A stretch of DNA of 64,000 nucleotides from Bryobacteraceae bacterium (GTDB lineage Bacteria > Acidobacteriota > Terriglobia > Bryobacterales > Bryobacteraceae). Numbering within the stretch: the stretch's first letter is position 1; each line of letters opens with the position of its first letter. This document shows positions 37,409 to 47,636 of the stretch, piece by piece. Both the position numbers and the translations under genes were made by a program. Below the pieces are notes generated by a model, which did no database searches, was not told the DNA's origin, and worked only from the letters and a program-made list of their open reading frames with translations. The stretch spans positions 1,079,972-1,143,971 of the forward strand of contig BPGD01000001.1 in assembly GCA_026002855.1 (NCBI GenBank). Reading direction: 5' to 3'.

Positions 37409-39577
37409 TCATGCCTCCTTCTCGATCCGCACGAAGTTGTTGAACATCCCCGTGCCTCCCATCAGCGGATCCACCGAAACCCGCGTCACCAGGGCGGTCG
37501 TGGAAGCGCCCCTGCCGGCCGTAAACCTCAGATTTCGTGCTGTGTGCCCGAAGCCGTGCACCATGTACACGCAGTCGGGACGGATCCGGTTCGTGACGCG
37601 CGCCCGCACGGGCGCGCTCTTCGCGCCGTCCTGGTTCACCAGCCGCACGCGCTCGCCGGGCCTCAATCCAAGCGAGGCAGCCACCCGGTAGTGGATCCAG
37701 ACCTCGTTCTCCCGAACCACCGACCCAAGTACCCGGTTATTTGTGGTCCGGCCGAACGTGTGCAGCGGAGATCTTCCGAACAGGAGCCGGAAATAGCCTT
37801 CGGGCGGCTCGGGTTTCGGGTAGTACTTCGGCACGGGATCCACGCCCATCTCCGCAAGCACTTTGGAATACAGCTCGACTTTTCCGCTGGGTGTGTCGAA
37901 TTTATGATCCGGTGGCAGCGTCGTATCCCCGGCGGGATACACGACAACGCCGCGCTTCTTCATGTCCGCCAGGTTCAGGTTCAGCCCCTGAAGGCGCCTG
38001 TCCAGATACTCTTCGATGTGCTTCCAGGGGAAGTACGCCTCGAGATCCAGCCGCTTTGCCAGCTCCTTCGCCATCCACCAGCCGGGTTTGGAATCATACA
38101 TGGGTTCCACCGCCGGCTGCCGCAACGCGACGAACGGCGTCCGGAAGGCGCCCGCGTAGAGGTCGTCGTAGCGCTCCAGATATGTGCACTCTGGCAACAC
38201 GACGTCGGCGTAGCCAGCGATCTCGACAGGGAGAACATCAATGACAACCAGCAGGTCCAGCGCGTGAATGGCCTCCAGCGTCTTCTGCGGCTGCGGCAGC
38301 GATTGCAGCAGATTCGTCCCGTACACCAGCCACCCGCGGGCCTTGTACGGCGTGCCCGCCAGTGTCGCGTCACAGAGCCCGGAAGCCAGCGTCTCGTCAG
38401 CCAGCGGATAGCGGTTCCCCGCCCCGTCGATCGCCGGGCGCTGCGGCTTTGGCAGCGGCGGAGCCGGATACGGGGGCACATCCACGCCCGAAGGCAGGAA
38501 AAACCCTCCCTTCGCGCCCCAGCTCCCCAGCAGCGCGTTGAGAATCGCAATCGCCCGGCTTCTCTGCGCGTCGTCGCCGTACCACGTCACGTGCCGGCCC
38601 GGATGCACGATCGCGGCCGGAGCCGCAGCCGCCATCTCCCGCGCCACCGTGCGGATCAGATCCGCCGGAATCTCCGTGATTTTCTCTGCCCACTCCGGCG
38701 TCATCTCCTGAATGGCGGCCTTGAATTCTTCAAAGCCAGTGGCGTATTTCTCGATAAACGGCCGGTTGTAGATGCCTTCGCTCACCAGAACGTTCGCCCA
38801 GGCCATCAGCAGAGCGATGTCGGTGCCGGGCTTGATGGGCAGGTACCAGTTCGCCTTGGAGGCCGCTACGGAAAACCGCGGATCCACGACGGCGATCTTC
38901 GCGCCCCGGCGGATCGCCTCGGCAAACTCCTGCACCTGCGTGTTGTGCATGTTTTCGCCCAGATGGCTGCCGATCAGCACGAGAAACCGTGTATTGGCGA
39001 TGTCGGTGTTTTCGGGCGATCCGATGCCGGTGCCGAAGGTGAGCTGGAAGCCCACCTCGCGCGGGCCTCGGCACTGCGCATAGCTGGGCGCAGCGATGTT
39101 CGGCGAGCCGTACGCCTTCAGCAACTGGCTGAAAAATGAGCCGCCATGACCGTGCGTAAACAGCGCCAGCGCCTCCGGCCCGTGCTCGGCCTTGATCTTC
39201 CGCATCCGCGCCGCTACATAGTCGAGCGCCTCCTCCCAGGTGGCCTCGCGGAACCGCTCCTGGCCGCGCTGCCCCGTCCGGATCAGCGGCTTCTTCAGCC
39301 GGTCCGGATCGTAAAGCAGCCCTGTCCCGCCGTTGCCACGCGGACACAGGCGCCCCAGCGAAAGCGGATGCGCCGGATGCCCGTCCAGCTTGGTCACGAC
39401 GCCGTCTTCGACCGTCGCGATCACGCCGCACTTCCAGAAGCAAAGCTCGCAGAACGTCGAGACCTTGCGGACATCGCGCGGGGCGGCCTGCGCGGGAGGC
39501 CGCAACACCAGCGAGGCCGCGCCGGCCGCAACCGCGGCGCCGCCGGCCGTGATCTGGAGGAACGTGCGTCGCTTCAT
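37409..39577 (-). CDS. Tat-exported molybdopterin (bis-MGD) oxidoreductase catalytic subunit, polysulfide/thiosulfate-reductase-like (PsrA/PhsA clade; substrate unknown)
   Basis: KRRTFL Tat signal. N-terminal FeS motif C-x2-C-x3-C...C (FCELCFWKCG...RLCPRG). 722 aa, which is PsrA/PhsA size. Followed by B and NrfD-type C subunits. Confidence 0.88.
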   Translation of the reverse strand: MKRRTFLQITAGGAAVAAGAASLVLRPPAQAAPRDVRKVSTFCELCFWKCGVIATVEDGVVTKLDGHPAHPLSLGRLCPRGNGGTGLLYDPDRLKKPLIRTGQRGQERFREATWEEALDYVAARMRKIKAEHGPEALALFTHGHGGSFFSQLLKAYGSPNIAAPSYAQCRGPREVGFQLTFGTGIGSPENTDIANTRFLVLIGSHLGENMHNTQVQEFAEAIRRGAKIAVVDPRFSVAASKANWYLPIKPGTDIALLMAWANVLVSEGIYNRPFIEKYATGFEEFKAAIQEMTPEWAEKITEIPADLIRTVAREMAAAAPAAIVHPGRHVTWYGDDAQRSRAIAILNALLGSWGAKGGFFLPSGVDVPPYPAPPLPKPQRPAIDGAGNRYPLADETLASGLCDATLAGTPYKARGWLVYGTNLLQSLPQPQKTLEAIHALDLLVVIDVLPVEIAGYADVVLPECTYLERYDDLYAGAFRTPFVALRQPAVEPMYDSKPGWWMAKELAKRLDLEAYFPWKHIEEYLDRRLQGLNLNLADMKKRGVVVYPAGDTTLPPDHKFDTPSGKVELYSKVLAEMGVDPVPKYYPKPEPPEGYFRLLFGRSPLHTFGRTTNNRVLGSVVRENEVWIHYRVAASLGLRPGERVRLVNQDGAKSAPVRARVTNRIRPDCVYMVHGFGHTARNLRFTAGRGASTTALVTRVSVDPLMGGTGMFNNFVRIEKEA

Positions 39578-39638
39578 GACTAACAGACCTCGTTATCCGG
39601 GATGCAGCCGCCCGCGCATTAGTGACACATTCAGAAAC

Positions 39639-40906
39639 TCATCGCTCGGCGCCGAACGAAAAGCCCACTTCGAACTCCCATTGGCGCATCTTGAGCTGGA
39701 TGGCCTGGCGTCCGGGAGCTTCCAGCGGATTGGCCCCGCGAACTTTGCTTTCAAGAGCATGGACCAGGGCGAAGTGGAAGGACTTTCCCCCGGGAAGCGC
39801 CCGGGTCATGCCCAGGGTCAGGTGCCGCTCGATCACCCCCGGCGCCAGGATGTTGAACAGCACCTCGGAAGACGGAATCGGCTGACCGGAGGTCGAAAAT
39901 CCGCCGCGAAGCGTCCACTCTCGCGCCGGCGTCAGTTCCACGCCGAAACGGCCCACCGTCACGTCCTTCCATCCAAAACCCGGTCCGTTGGCGTCGCCGA
40001 GCCGCGCCTGCATCAGATTGGGCAGCATCGGATTCCCGACGGATTTCACGCTGGAATAGAGGATGCGCTGGACGTCGGAGGAAAAAGACATCCTCGCTGT
40101 GGGGCGGACCGTCACGCCAGCAGTGAACGCCGGCGGGATGTCAAACCCGCCGCTCTCCGCGAACAGGCCCCGGTAGTGATCGAACTCCCCCATCCTGATC
40201 CGCGACTGGTAGTGGCCGCCCACAGTGAGCCGCTTGTGGAGCTCGCCCATGTAGCCTGCCTTCACGCCGAAGCCCGCCGACTGCGAGGCGAGTATCCTGT
40301 GTTGGACAGGCGCGCCGGATCAGACGAGAACTGAGCGAAGGCGCCTATCCCTTCCGCCTTGAAACGCTGCCAGGCCAGAATCGGCGAGACTCCCACCGAG
40401 TGCTTGCCCGCAAAACGCTGCGCCACCGTCGGGACGATAAAGAGCTGCATCAGATCAACGCCCACGGGCTGGCTGCCGAAAACCGGAGCGGCGTAGTTCG
40501 TATTCATACCCCCGTTGCCGAATAAGGAAATGCCGAAGGAAGTGCTCTCCCTCACGCGCCAGTTGGCGCCGAACGAGGGAACCAGAAACAGACGCGAACC
40601 GCTCTCGACCGTGCCTGGCGCGAGCCCGAACGTGCCTGGAGCGCCGGACGGCGAGCCTTCCACCGTGAAGCCCCGCAGCGGGCGGAAGAAGTTCAGTCCA
40701 AGATCGTACCGATGCCCGGCCCAGTACATGGAGGCCGGGTTGTTGGCGGCCGCCAGCGCATCCTGCGCCCGCGCGGCGCAGGCGCCGGCCAGGCCCTTGC
40801 ACTGGGTGCCGTATCCGTTGGAGAAGTAGCCGTCCGTGGCCCAGGAAGGGCAGGCGGAAGCTACTAAAAAGGTAATCAGACCTGTTGATATGAAAAATTT
40901 GCACAT
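39639..40906 (-). pseudogene. FadL/TodX (OMPP1) family outer-membrane channel, split by one frameshift near 40283-40300
   Basis: The upstream ORF has a signal peptide (MCKFFISTGLITFLVASACPSWA) and N-terminal beta-barrel sequence. The downstream ORF continues with SAGFGVKAGYMGEL... in another frame and ends with an aromatic-rich terminal strand (WEFEVGFSFGAER). Confidence 0.65.
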
Positions 40907-41161
40907 GTGCCGTGAGATGCAATTCCCCATCCTCGGTGACACAGTGGCGCACTTTTTTCTCCCTGTCTGAGCTCGGCGATTTGGCATTTCAGTACTTCTC
41001 GGTTCAGAATCCGTGCGGGCTGGTCTTGATTGCAGATACAGGAGTCCGATATAGTGATTCTTGGGCCTCTTTTGTTACACTCTTTCAGACCTGATCCCCC
41101 GCCGCGGCGGGCCCAGGCCGCGCGCGGATAGATTTTCCGAACGACCGGGAGGACTGACCTG

Positions 41162-43669
41162 ATGGTACCCACGGAGAGCCTGTCCAGTTCTTTGCGGCAG
41201 GCGTTGGCAAACGGCGCGGCCGACGCTCTCAGGCGCGCGGGCGCATGGCTCCTGCTGCTCATGGTGACGATCGCAGCCGGCGCGCTGCCGGCATGGGCGC
41301 AGCCGGCGCATCACGGAGGCGGCGAGGCGAGCCTGGTGCTGCCGGACCTGAACCAGGCGACGTTTTTCGGCATTGGCGGCCGCAGCCTGCTGATGATCGG
41401 CCTGGTGGTTTGCGCGCTCGGCCTGGTGTTCGGCCTGTCGATTTACGTTCGGCTGAAGAACATGCCGGTGCACAGATCCATGCTCGAAGTCAGCGAGCTG
41501 ATTTACGAGACGTGCAAGACCTACCTGGCGACGCAGGGCAAGTTCCTGCTGATCCTGGAGCTGTTCATTGCCGTCATCATCGTCTTCTACTTCGGCCTGC
41601 TTCAGCATATGGAAGCCTACCGGGTGGCGATCATCCTGCTGTTCAGCGTGATCGGCATCGGCGGCAGCTTTGGCGTGGCGGCGTTCGGCATGCGGGTGAA
41701 CACATTTGCCAACTCGCGCGCCTCCTTCGCCAGCCTGCGGGGCAAGGCTTTCCCCTGCTATGACATCCCTCTTCAGGCGGGCATGAGCATCGGCATGATG
41801 CTGATTTCGGTCGAGCTGCTGCTGATGCTATTCATCCTGCTGTTCATCCCCGGCGACCTGGCCGGGCCCTGCTTCATCGGCTTCGCCATAGGCGAATCGC
41901 TGGGCGCGGCGGCGCTCCGCGTGGCCGGCGGCATCTTCACCAAGATTGCCGACATCGGCGCTGATCTGATGAAGATCGTCTTCAAGATCAAGGAAGATGA
42001 CGCGCGCAATCCGGGCGTCATCGCCGACTGCACCGGCGACAACGCGGGCGACTCGGTCGGGCCTTCGGCCGACGGCTTCGAGACATACGGCGTCACCGGC
42101 GTGGCGCTGATCAGCTTCATCCTGCTCGGCATCAATGAACGCGTGGCCGGGCCCACATGGGCCACGATTCAGGTCCAACTTCTGGTCTGGATCTTCATGA
42201 TGCGCGTCATGATGGTCATCTCCTCCGGCGTCAGCTACTTCATCAACGACATCCTGGCTCGCGCCCGCTATGGCGACGCCGACAAGATGAACTTCGAGCA
42301 GCCGCTCACCAACCTGGTCTGGATCACATCGCTGCTGTCGATCGCGCTTACCTACGTCGTCAGCTACCTGATGATCCCCGAGCTGAAAGGCGACACGACG
42401 CTGTGGTGGAAGCTGGCGACGGTGATCAGTTGCGGCACGCTGGCCGGCGCGCTGATCCCCGAGTTCGTCAAGGTATTCACCTCCACCGGCTCGCGCCATG
42501 TGCGCGAGATCGTGAAAGCCAGCGAGGAGGGCGGTTCGTCCCTCAACATCCTGTCCGGCTTTATCGCCGGCAACTTCTCCGCCTACTGGCTCGGCTTCGC
42601 CATTCTGCTGCTGATGTCGATCGCCTACTGGATGTCCACCATGGGCCTGGCCTCGCTGATGATGGCTCCAGCGGTCTTCGCGCTCGGCCTGGTGGCCTTC
42701 GGCTTCCTCGGCATGGGTCCGGTGACGATCGCGGTGGACTCCTACGGCCCGGTCACCGACAACGCGCAGTCCGTCTACGAGCTGTCCACCATCGAGCAGC
42801 TCCCGGGCATCGAGAGCGAGATCGAAAGCCAGTTCGGCTTTCGCCCGCAGTTTGAGAAAGCCAAGGACAACCTCGAAGAGAACGACGGCGCGGGCAACAC
42901 GTTCAAGGCGACGTCGAAGCCGGTGCTGATCGGCACGGCCGTCGTCGGCGCGACAACGATGATCTTCTCGATCATCGTGGCCCTCACCGACGGCCTTTCG
43001 CCGGATCGCGTCGGCTACCTGTCCATCCTCCATGCGCCCTTCTTCTTCGGCCTCATCGCCGGCGGCGCGATGATCTACTGGTTCACCGGCGCCAGCTCGC
43101 AGGCCGTCTCCACCGGTGCCTACCGCGCGGTGGAGTTCATCAAGCGCAACATCAAGCTCGAAGGCACGACCAAGGCCAGCGTGTCCGACTCGAAGAAGGT
43201 GGTCGAGATCTGCACGCAATACGCCCAGCGCGGCATGTTCAACATCTTCATCGCCGTCTTCTTCGGTACGCTCGCCTTTGCCTTCATGGAGGAGTTCTTC
43301 TTCATCGGTTACCTGATCGCCATCGCGATCTTCGGCCTGTTCCAGGCCATCTTCATGGCCAACGCCGGCGGTGCCTGGGACAACGCCAAGAAGATCGTCG
43401 AGACCGAGATGAAGGCCAAGGGCACCGAACTGCATGCGGCCACGGTGGTCGGCGACACGGTGGGAGACCCGTTCAAAGACACCTCCTCGGTGGCGATGAA
43501 CCCGACCATCAAGTTCACCACGCTGTTCGGCCTGCTCGCGGTGGAGCTCGCTGTCAGCCTGCGCAATCAGGGCCAGTCGGCGCTGACTCACGCCCTCGCC
43601 GTTGTCTTCCTCCTCATCTCGATGACGTTCGTCTACCGCTCGTTCTACGCGATGCGGATTGAGAAGTAA
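41162..43669 (+). CDS. hppA: Membrane-bound proton-translocating pyrophosphatase
   Basis: 835 aa with CTGDNAGDSVGPSADGFETY, GGAWDNAKK and GDTVGDPFKDTSS motifs. Confidence 0.93.
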   Translation: MVPTESLSSSLRQALANGAADALRRAGAWLLLLMVTIAAGALPAWAQPAHHGGGEASLVLPDLNQATFFGIGGRSLLMIGLVVCALGLVFGLSIYVRLKNMPVHRSMLEVSELIYETCKTYLATQGKFLLILELFIAVIIVFYFGLLQHMEAYRVAIILLFSVIGIGGSFGVAAFGMRVNTFANSRASFASLRGKAFPCYDIPLQAGMSIGMMLISVELLLMLFILLFIPGDLAGPCFIGFAIGESLGAAALRVAGGIFTKIADIGADLMKIVFKIKEDDARNPGVIADCTGDNAGDSVGPSADGFETYGVTGVALISFILLGINERVAGPTWATIQVQLLVWIFMMRVMMVISSGVSYFINDILARARYGDADKMNFEQPLTNLVWITSLLSIALTYVVSYLMIPELKGDTTLWWKLATVISCGTLAGALIPEFVKVFTSTGSRHVREIVKASEEGGSSLNILSGFIAGNFSAYWLGFAILLLMSIAYWMSTMGLASLMMAPAVFALGLVAFGFLGMGPVTIAVDSYGPVTDNAQSVYELSTIEQLPGIESEIESQFGFRPQFEKAKDNLEENDGAGNTFKATSKPVLIGTAVVGATTMIFSIIVALTDGLSPDRVGYLSILHAPFFFGLIAGGAMIYWFTGASSQAVSTGAYRAVEFIKRNIKLEGTTKASVSDSKKVVEICTQYAQRGMFNIFIAVFFGTLAFAFMEEFFFIGYLIAIAIFGLFQAIFMANAGGAWDNAKKIVETEMKAKGTELHAATVVGDTVGDPFKDTSSVAMNPTIKFTTLFGLLAVELAVSLRNQGQSALTHALAVVFLLISMTFVYRSFYAMRIEK

Positions 43670-43693
43670 GCGCTCCTTCCTTCCCCAAGGCGG

Positions 43694-43727
43694 AGGGCGG
43701 CCCTCACGGGCCGCCCTTCGCTTTTTT
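43694..43727 (+). terminator. Rho-independent terminator of hppA
   Basis: A 10-bp GC-rich stem agggcggccc/gggccgccct with loop tcac, then tcgCTTTTTT. It lies 25 nt after the hppA stop. Confidence 0.75.
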
Positions 43728-43889
43728 CATAGGCAGCAAAACGCGCTGGTGCCGCTTGCCGCTGGTGCCCTGAAACGCTTCCGTCCATGCGGCGGGGCCG
43801 GAGCCCGCAGCCGGGCGAGGGGTTCGCGGGCAGGACTCCTGCCGCCATCCGCAGGACTTCGCCCGCGCTGCCGACGGTTGCCGCGCCGG

Positions 43890-44972
43890 CTATGCGAGCG
43901 CGAGATTCGCCTGCGCCTTCAGCGAGAAATCATCGAATTCGCCGCGCTCAAACTTCGGCCATGCCGCCGCGGCGATCATCGCCGCATTGTCGGTGGAAAG
44001 ATGCGGCGTGGGGAAGTAAACCGGGGCCGGCAGCCGCCCGCTGCGGGCCGCGCGCCGCAGCTCTGCATTGCAGGCAACTCCGCCGGAGACGATCACACTG
44101 CGCGCGCCGGTGTCTTCCAGCGCCTTCTCGACGCGCTTCAGCAGTTCCTCCACCACCACGCGCTGGAACGCGGCCACCACGTTCCGCGTGGCCGGCGGCG
44201 TCACCGCCAGCCACTCTTCCAGGGTCGGACGCGGATTCCGCTTCAGCAGCTCGCGGCGCGCCGCAATCTCGGCCTCCATCTCCCGGGACTGGACCCACCG
44301 CAGCACCGCGGTTTTCAGTCCGCTGAAGCTGAAGTCCAGCGCGTTGCCCTTCATCCTGGCCATGGGAAGCGGAACCGCCTCCGGATCGCCGTAGGGTGCA
44401 ATCCGGTCAAGCACCGGCCCGCCTGGATAGCCGAAGCCGAGCAGCTTCGCCACCTTGTCAAATGCCTCGCCGGCCGCATCATCGCGCGTCCTGCCAAGCA
44501 GTTGGTACTGTTCTCCGCCCGGCCAGTAGAAAAGGTGCGTGTGGCCGCCGCTGGCCACCAGCGCCAGCGCCGGCAATTCAATCTCTTCGCCCGACCTCTT
44601 CGCATCCAGCACGACCGCGTGGATGTGCCCTTCCAGATGATTGACGCCAATCAGCGGCAGCCGCCGCACGGCACAAATCGCCTTCGCGAACGTCAAACCC
44701 ACCAGGAGGGATCCCACGAGACCAGGCCCGGCGGTGGCAGCCACGGCGCCGAGGTCCGCCCATGAAGCGTGAGCGTCCTGCATCGCCTGCCGCACCACAG
44801 GCACGATGGCGCGCAGATGCTCCCGCGAGGCCAGCTCCGGCACGACGCCGCCATATTTGCCGTGGACGTCCAATTGGCTGGCCACAACGCTCGACAGCAC
44901 CTCGCCGTCGCGCGCCACCACCGCCGCGGCGGTCTCATCGCAGGAGGTTTCGATTCCGAGGATAAACGGCAT
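43890..44972 (-). CDS. tsaD: tRNA N6-adenosine threonylcarbamoyltransferase TsaD
   Basis: Start trimmed to [24 protein letters not shown] metal motif and GGVACN. Confidence 0.93.
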   Translation of the reverse strand: MPFILGIETSCDETAAAVVARDGEVLSSVVASQLDVHGKYGGVVPELASREHLRAIVPVVRQAMQDAHASWADLGAVAATAGPGLVGSLLVGLTFAKAICAVRRLPLIGVNHLEGHIHAVVLDAKRSGEEIELPALALVASGGHTHLFYWPGGEQYQLLGRTRDDAAGEAFDKVAKLLGFGYPGGPVLDRIAPYGDPEAVPLPMARMKGNALDFSFSGLKTAVLRWVQSREMEAEIAARRELLKRNPRPTLEEWLAVTPPATRNVVAAFQRVVVEELLKRVEKALEDTGARSVIVSGGVACNAELRRAARSGRLPAPVYFPTPHLSTDNAAMIAAAAWPKFERGEFDDFSLKAQANLALA

Positions 44973-45037
44973 GCGTCCACAAACGGGTATATTGTGAGAG
45001 TGGCTCACGCCTGCGCGAGCCATGTGGTACAGTTCCG

Positions 45038-46057
45038 ATGCAGCTCTCTGACTTCGATTATCGCCTTCCGGATGAACTGATTGCACAGGCGCCGCTGGCC
45101 GACCGCGCCGCCTCGCGCATGCTCGTCGTGGACCGCGCCTCGGGCCGTTTCGAGGACCGGCATTTCCGCGATCTGCCCCGGTTTCTTCGCCCGGGCGATT
45201 GCCTCGTCATCAACGACACGCGCGTCATCCCGTCCCGTCTCTACGGGCGCAAGGAAGGCTATTCGCGCGAGGTTGAAATCTTCCTTCTCACGCCCCAGAA
45301 TCCGGAGCGCACGCTGTGGACGGCGCTGGTCCGCCCGGGCCGCCACCTCCACGAAGGGGCGCGGGTCCGGATCTCGGAGCGGCTGTCGGTGGAGATCCTG
45401 GAGACGCGCGTGCGGGGCGAGCGTCTGGTGCGGGTCCACTGCGAAGGCGACCTGGATGAAGAGATCGAACGCATCGGGCATGTGCCGCTGCCGCCCTATA
45501 TCCATCGTCCGGATGAGCGCCTGGACCGCGAGCGATACCAGACGGTGTTCGCCCAAAAACGCGGATCCGCCGCCGCGCCGACCGCGGGCCTCCACTTCAC
45601 GCCCGAAGTGCTGGAAGCCTGCCGCGCTGCCGGAGCTGAAATCGCGCCGGTGACGCTCCACGTGGGGCTAGGCACGTTCCAGCCGCTGCTCAGCAACACA
45701 GTCGAAGACAACCGCCTGCACAGCGAGCGCTATTCCATCCCGCCGGAAACCGCGGCGAAGCTGGCCGCGGCCCAACGGCGCATCGCCGTCGGCACGACAG
45801 TCGTGCGTACGCTCGAATCGGCCGTCCGCAACGGCGGAATGGTCCCGCAGGAGGGGGAAACCGACCTGTTCATTTATCCGGGCTTCGAATTCCGCGCCGT
45901 GGACGCGATGCTGACCAATTTCCACCTGCCGAAGTCCAGCCTGCTGCTGCTCGTCTGCGCCTTCGGCGGCAAGGATCTGATCCTCTCCGCTTACCGGCAC
46001 GCGGTGGAACAGCGCTACCGTTTCTTCAGCTACGGCGACTGCATGCTGATCCTATAA
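45038..46057 (+). CDS. queA: S-adenosylmethionine:tRNA ribosyltransferase-isomerase QueA
   Basis: [41 protein letters not shown] and [10 protein letters not shown] motifs. Confidence 0.95.
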   Translation: MQLSDFDYRLPDELIAQAPLADRAASRMLVVDRASGRFEDRHFRDLPRFLRPGDCLVINDTRVIPSRLYGRKEGYSREVEIFLLTPQNPERTLWTALVRPGRHLHEGARVRISERLSVEILETRVRGERLVRVHCEGDLDEEIERIGHVPLPPYIHRPDERLDRERYQTVFAQKRGSAAAPTAGLHFTPEVLEACRAAGAEIAPVTLHVGLGTFQPLLSNTVEDNRLHSERYSIPPETAAKLAAAQRRIAVGTTVVRTLESAVRNGGMVPQEGETDLFIYPGFEFRAVDAMLTNFHLPKSSLLLLVCAFGGKDLILSAYRHAVEQRYRFFSYGDCMLIL

Positions 46058-46106
46058 GCCGGATGTGGCCGGAAATCCTGCGGGATTTTCAGCCTGCGGA
46101 GAGCGA

Positions 46107-46132
46107 AAATGCCACCGCTTCCGGTGGCATTT
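46107..46132. terminator. Perfect 11-bp hairpin between convergent queA and nuoN (possible bidirectional terminator)
   Basis: aaatgccaccg-cttc-cggtggcattt. On the minus strand the stem runs into TTTTCG, and on the plus strand into TTTCG. It is the only strong hairpin in the 106-nt gap. Confidence 0.6.
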
Positions 46133-46163
46133 CGCAACCTGAAATCGGGTGTTTTCCGGGTGC

Positions 46164-47636
46164 TTACCGCAGCAGCGGCGCGCTGGCCATCGCATAATCC
46201 AGAACGAGCGAGGGCGCGACGCCCAGCACGAACGTGCCCGCCACCGAGGCGGCCAGCGCCCAGCGGACGCCGGGCGCCGCCGCAGGCAGCTCGGGCAGGC
46301 CCTGCGAGGGCTCCTGCATGTACATCACGACAATGATCCGCAGGTAGTAATACGCGGCTACCGCGCTGTTCAGCAGGCCGAGAACCGCCAGCCAGACCAG
46401 ATTGGAATCAAGCGCCGCTTTGAAGATGTAGAACTTCCCGAAAAATCCCGCGGTCAGCGGCACGCCGGTGAGCGAGAGCAGGAAGATGGAGAGGACCGCC
46501 GCCATGGCCGGGGAGCGGCGGCTGAGGCCGGCAAGGTCGGCGAGCTCGACGTGGCGCTCGCCCTGCCCGGCCACATGGGTCACCACCGCGAAGGCGCCGA
46601 TGTTCATCAACGCGTAAGCGGCCAAATAAAACATCGCCGCCGCCGCACCAGCGTCGGACATCGCCGTCAGCGCCACGGTCACATAACCGGCGTGGGCGAT
46701 GGAACTGTAGGCCAGCAGACGCTTCACGTTCGTCTGCCAGAGCGCGGCGAAATTGCCGATGATCATCGTGGCCAGGGCGACGGCCCAGAGCACCGGCTCC
46801 CACTTGTCGCGGAAGGGGACAAAAACGGTCATCAGGATCCGCAGGAACATCGCGAACGCGGCGGCCTTCGGCCCCACGCTCAGGAAGGCGGCCACCGGCG
46901 CCGGTGCGCCCTGGTATACGTCAGGCGCCCACATCTGGAAGGGCGCCGCCGAGACCTTGAATGCCAGCCCGACCAGCAGCAGCGCCGCGGCGGCGGAAGC
47001 AACCGTCGCGTTCACGCCGGACTGAGGATCCAGCAGCAGGCGGCGGATCTCGCTCAGGTGCGTCGTGCCGGCCGCGCCCCACAGCCATGCAGTCCCATAC
47101 AGAAAAAACGCCGCCGCGAAGGATCCGAGCAGGAAATACTTCAGCGCCGCCTCGTTGTTGCGCCGGTCGTCCCGCAGGTAGCCCGCCAGGACGTAAGTGG
47201 CGATCGAAGAGCACTCCAGTCCGATGAAAAGCATGATCAGCTCATTGGCCGAGGCCATCAGGCACTGACCGGCGATGGAGAACAGCACCAGCGCATAATA
47301 CTCGCCGGAGTCATGCCTTTCCCTCTTCAGGTAATTCGAGCTGATCAGCACCACCAGCATGCCGGCGGCGCAGACAAGGACGCGGAAAAAGGTCGAAAAA
47401 CCGTCCACAACCAGAAGGCTGGAAAAGGCCGGCCCGGGGTCTGACGCTGCCACGGCGCTCAGCCCGATGGCCGCCGCCAGGGCGATAAAAGCCAGCGCGG
47501 CCAACCGCGTTCGGCTGCCGGGCCGCATGAGGGCCTCGGCCAGCATCAAAGCCGTCGCCGTCAGCGTGAGCAGGATTTCCGGCGAAAAGCGCAATAATTC
47601 CTGCGGAGAAGGCACAAAACTAACGGGCATGAGCAA
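46164..47636 (-). CDS. nuoN: NADH-quinone oxidoreductase subunit N
   Basis: 490-aa antiporter-like subunit. Last gene of the nuo operon. Confidence 0.92.
   Translation of the reverse strand: MLMPVSFVPSPQELLRFSPEILLTLTATALMLAEALMRPGSRTRLAALAFIALAAAIGLSAVAASDPGPAFSSLLVVDGFSTFFRVLVCAAGMLVVLISSNYLKRERHDSGEYYALVLFSIAGQCLMASANELIMLFIGLECSSIATYVLAGYLRDDRRNNEAALKYFLLGSFAAAFFLYGTAWLWGAAGTTHLSEIRRLLLDPQSGVNATVASAAAALLLVGLAFKVSAAPFQMWAPDVYQGAPAPVAAFLSVGPKAAAFAMFLRILMTVFVPFRDKWEPVLWAVALATMIIGNFAALWQTNVKRLLAYSSIAHAGYVTVALTAMSDAGAAAAMFYLAAYALMNIGAFAVVTHVAGQGERHVELADLAGLSRRSPAMAAVLSIFLLSLTGVPLTAGFFGKFYIFKAALDSNLVWLAVLGLLNSAVAAYYYLRIIVVMYMQEPSQGLPELPAAAPGVRWALAASVAGTFVLGVAPSLVLDYAMASAPLLR

Noticed and set aside
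36335-39139. 934-aa plus-strand ORF across the Psr-like operon
   Set aside because: It is antisense to the NrfD, ferredoxin and molybdopterin subunits, which carry clear Cys-cluster and Tat motifs. It has no motifs of its own.
40262-40264. TGA ending the first FadL fragment, considered as a possible Sec codon
   Set aside because: The downstream fragment is in a different reading frame, so read-through would not join the halves. A frameshift explains the split.
43728-43889. Short direct repeat GCTGGTGCC x2 and weak palindromes between hppA and tsaD
   Set aside because: The repeats are 9 nt long and occur only twice, so they are compatible with chance in GC-rich DNA.
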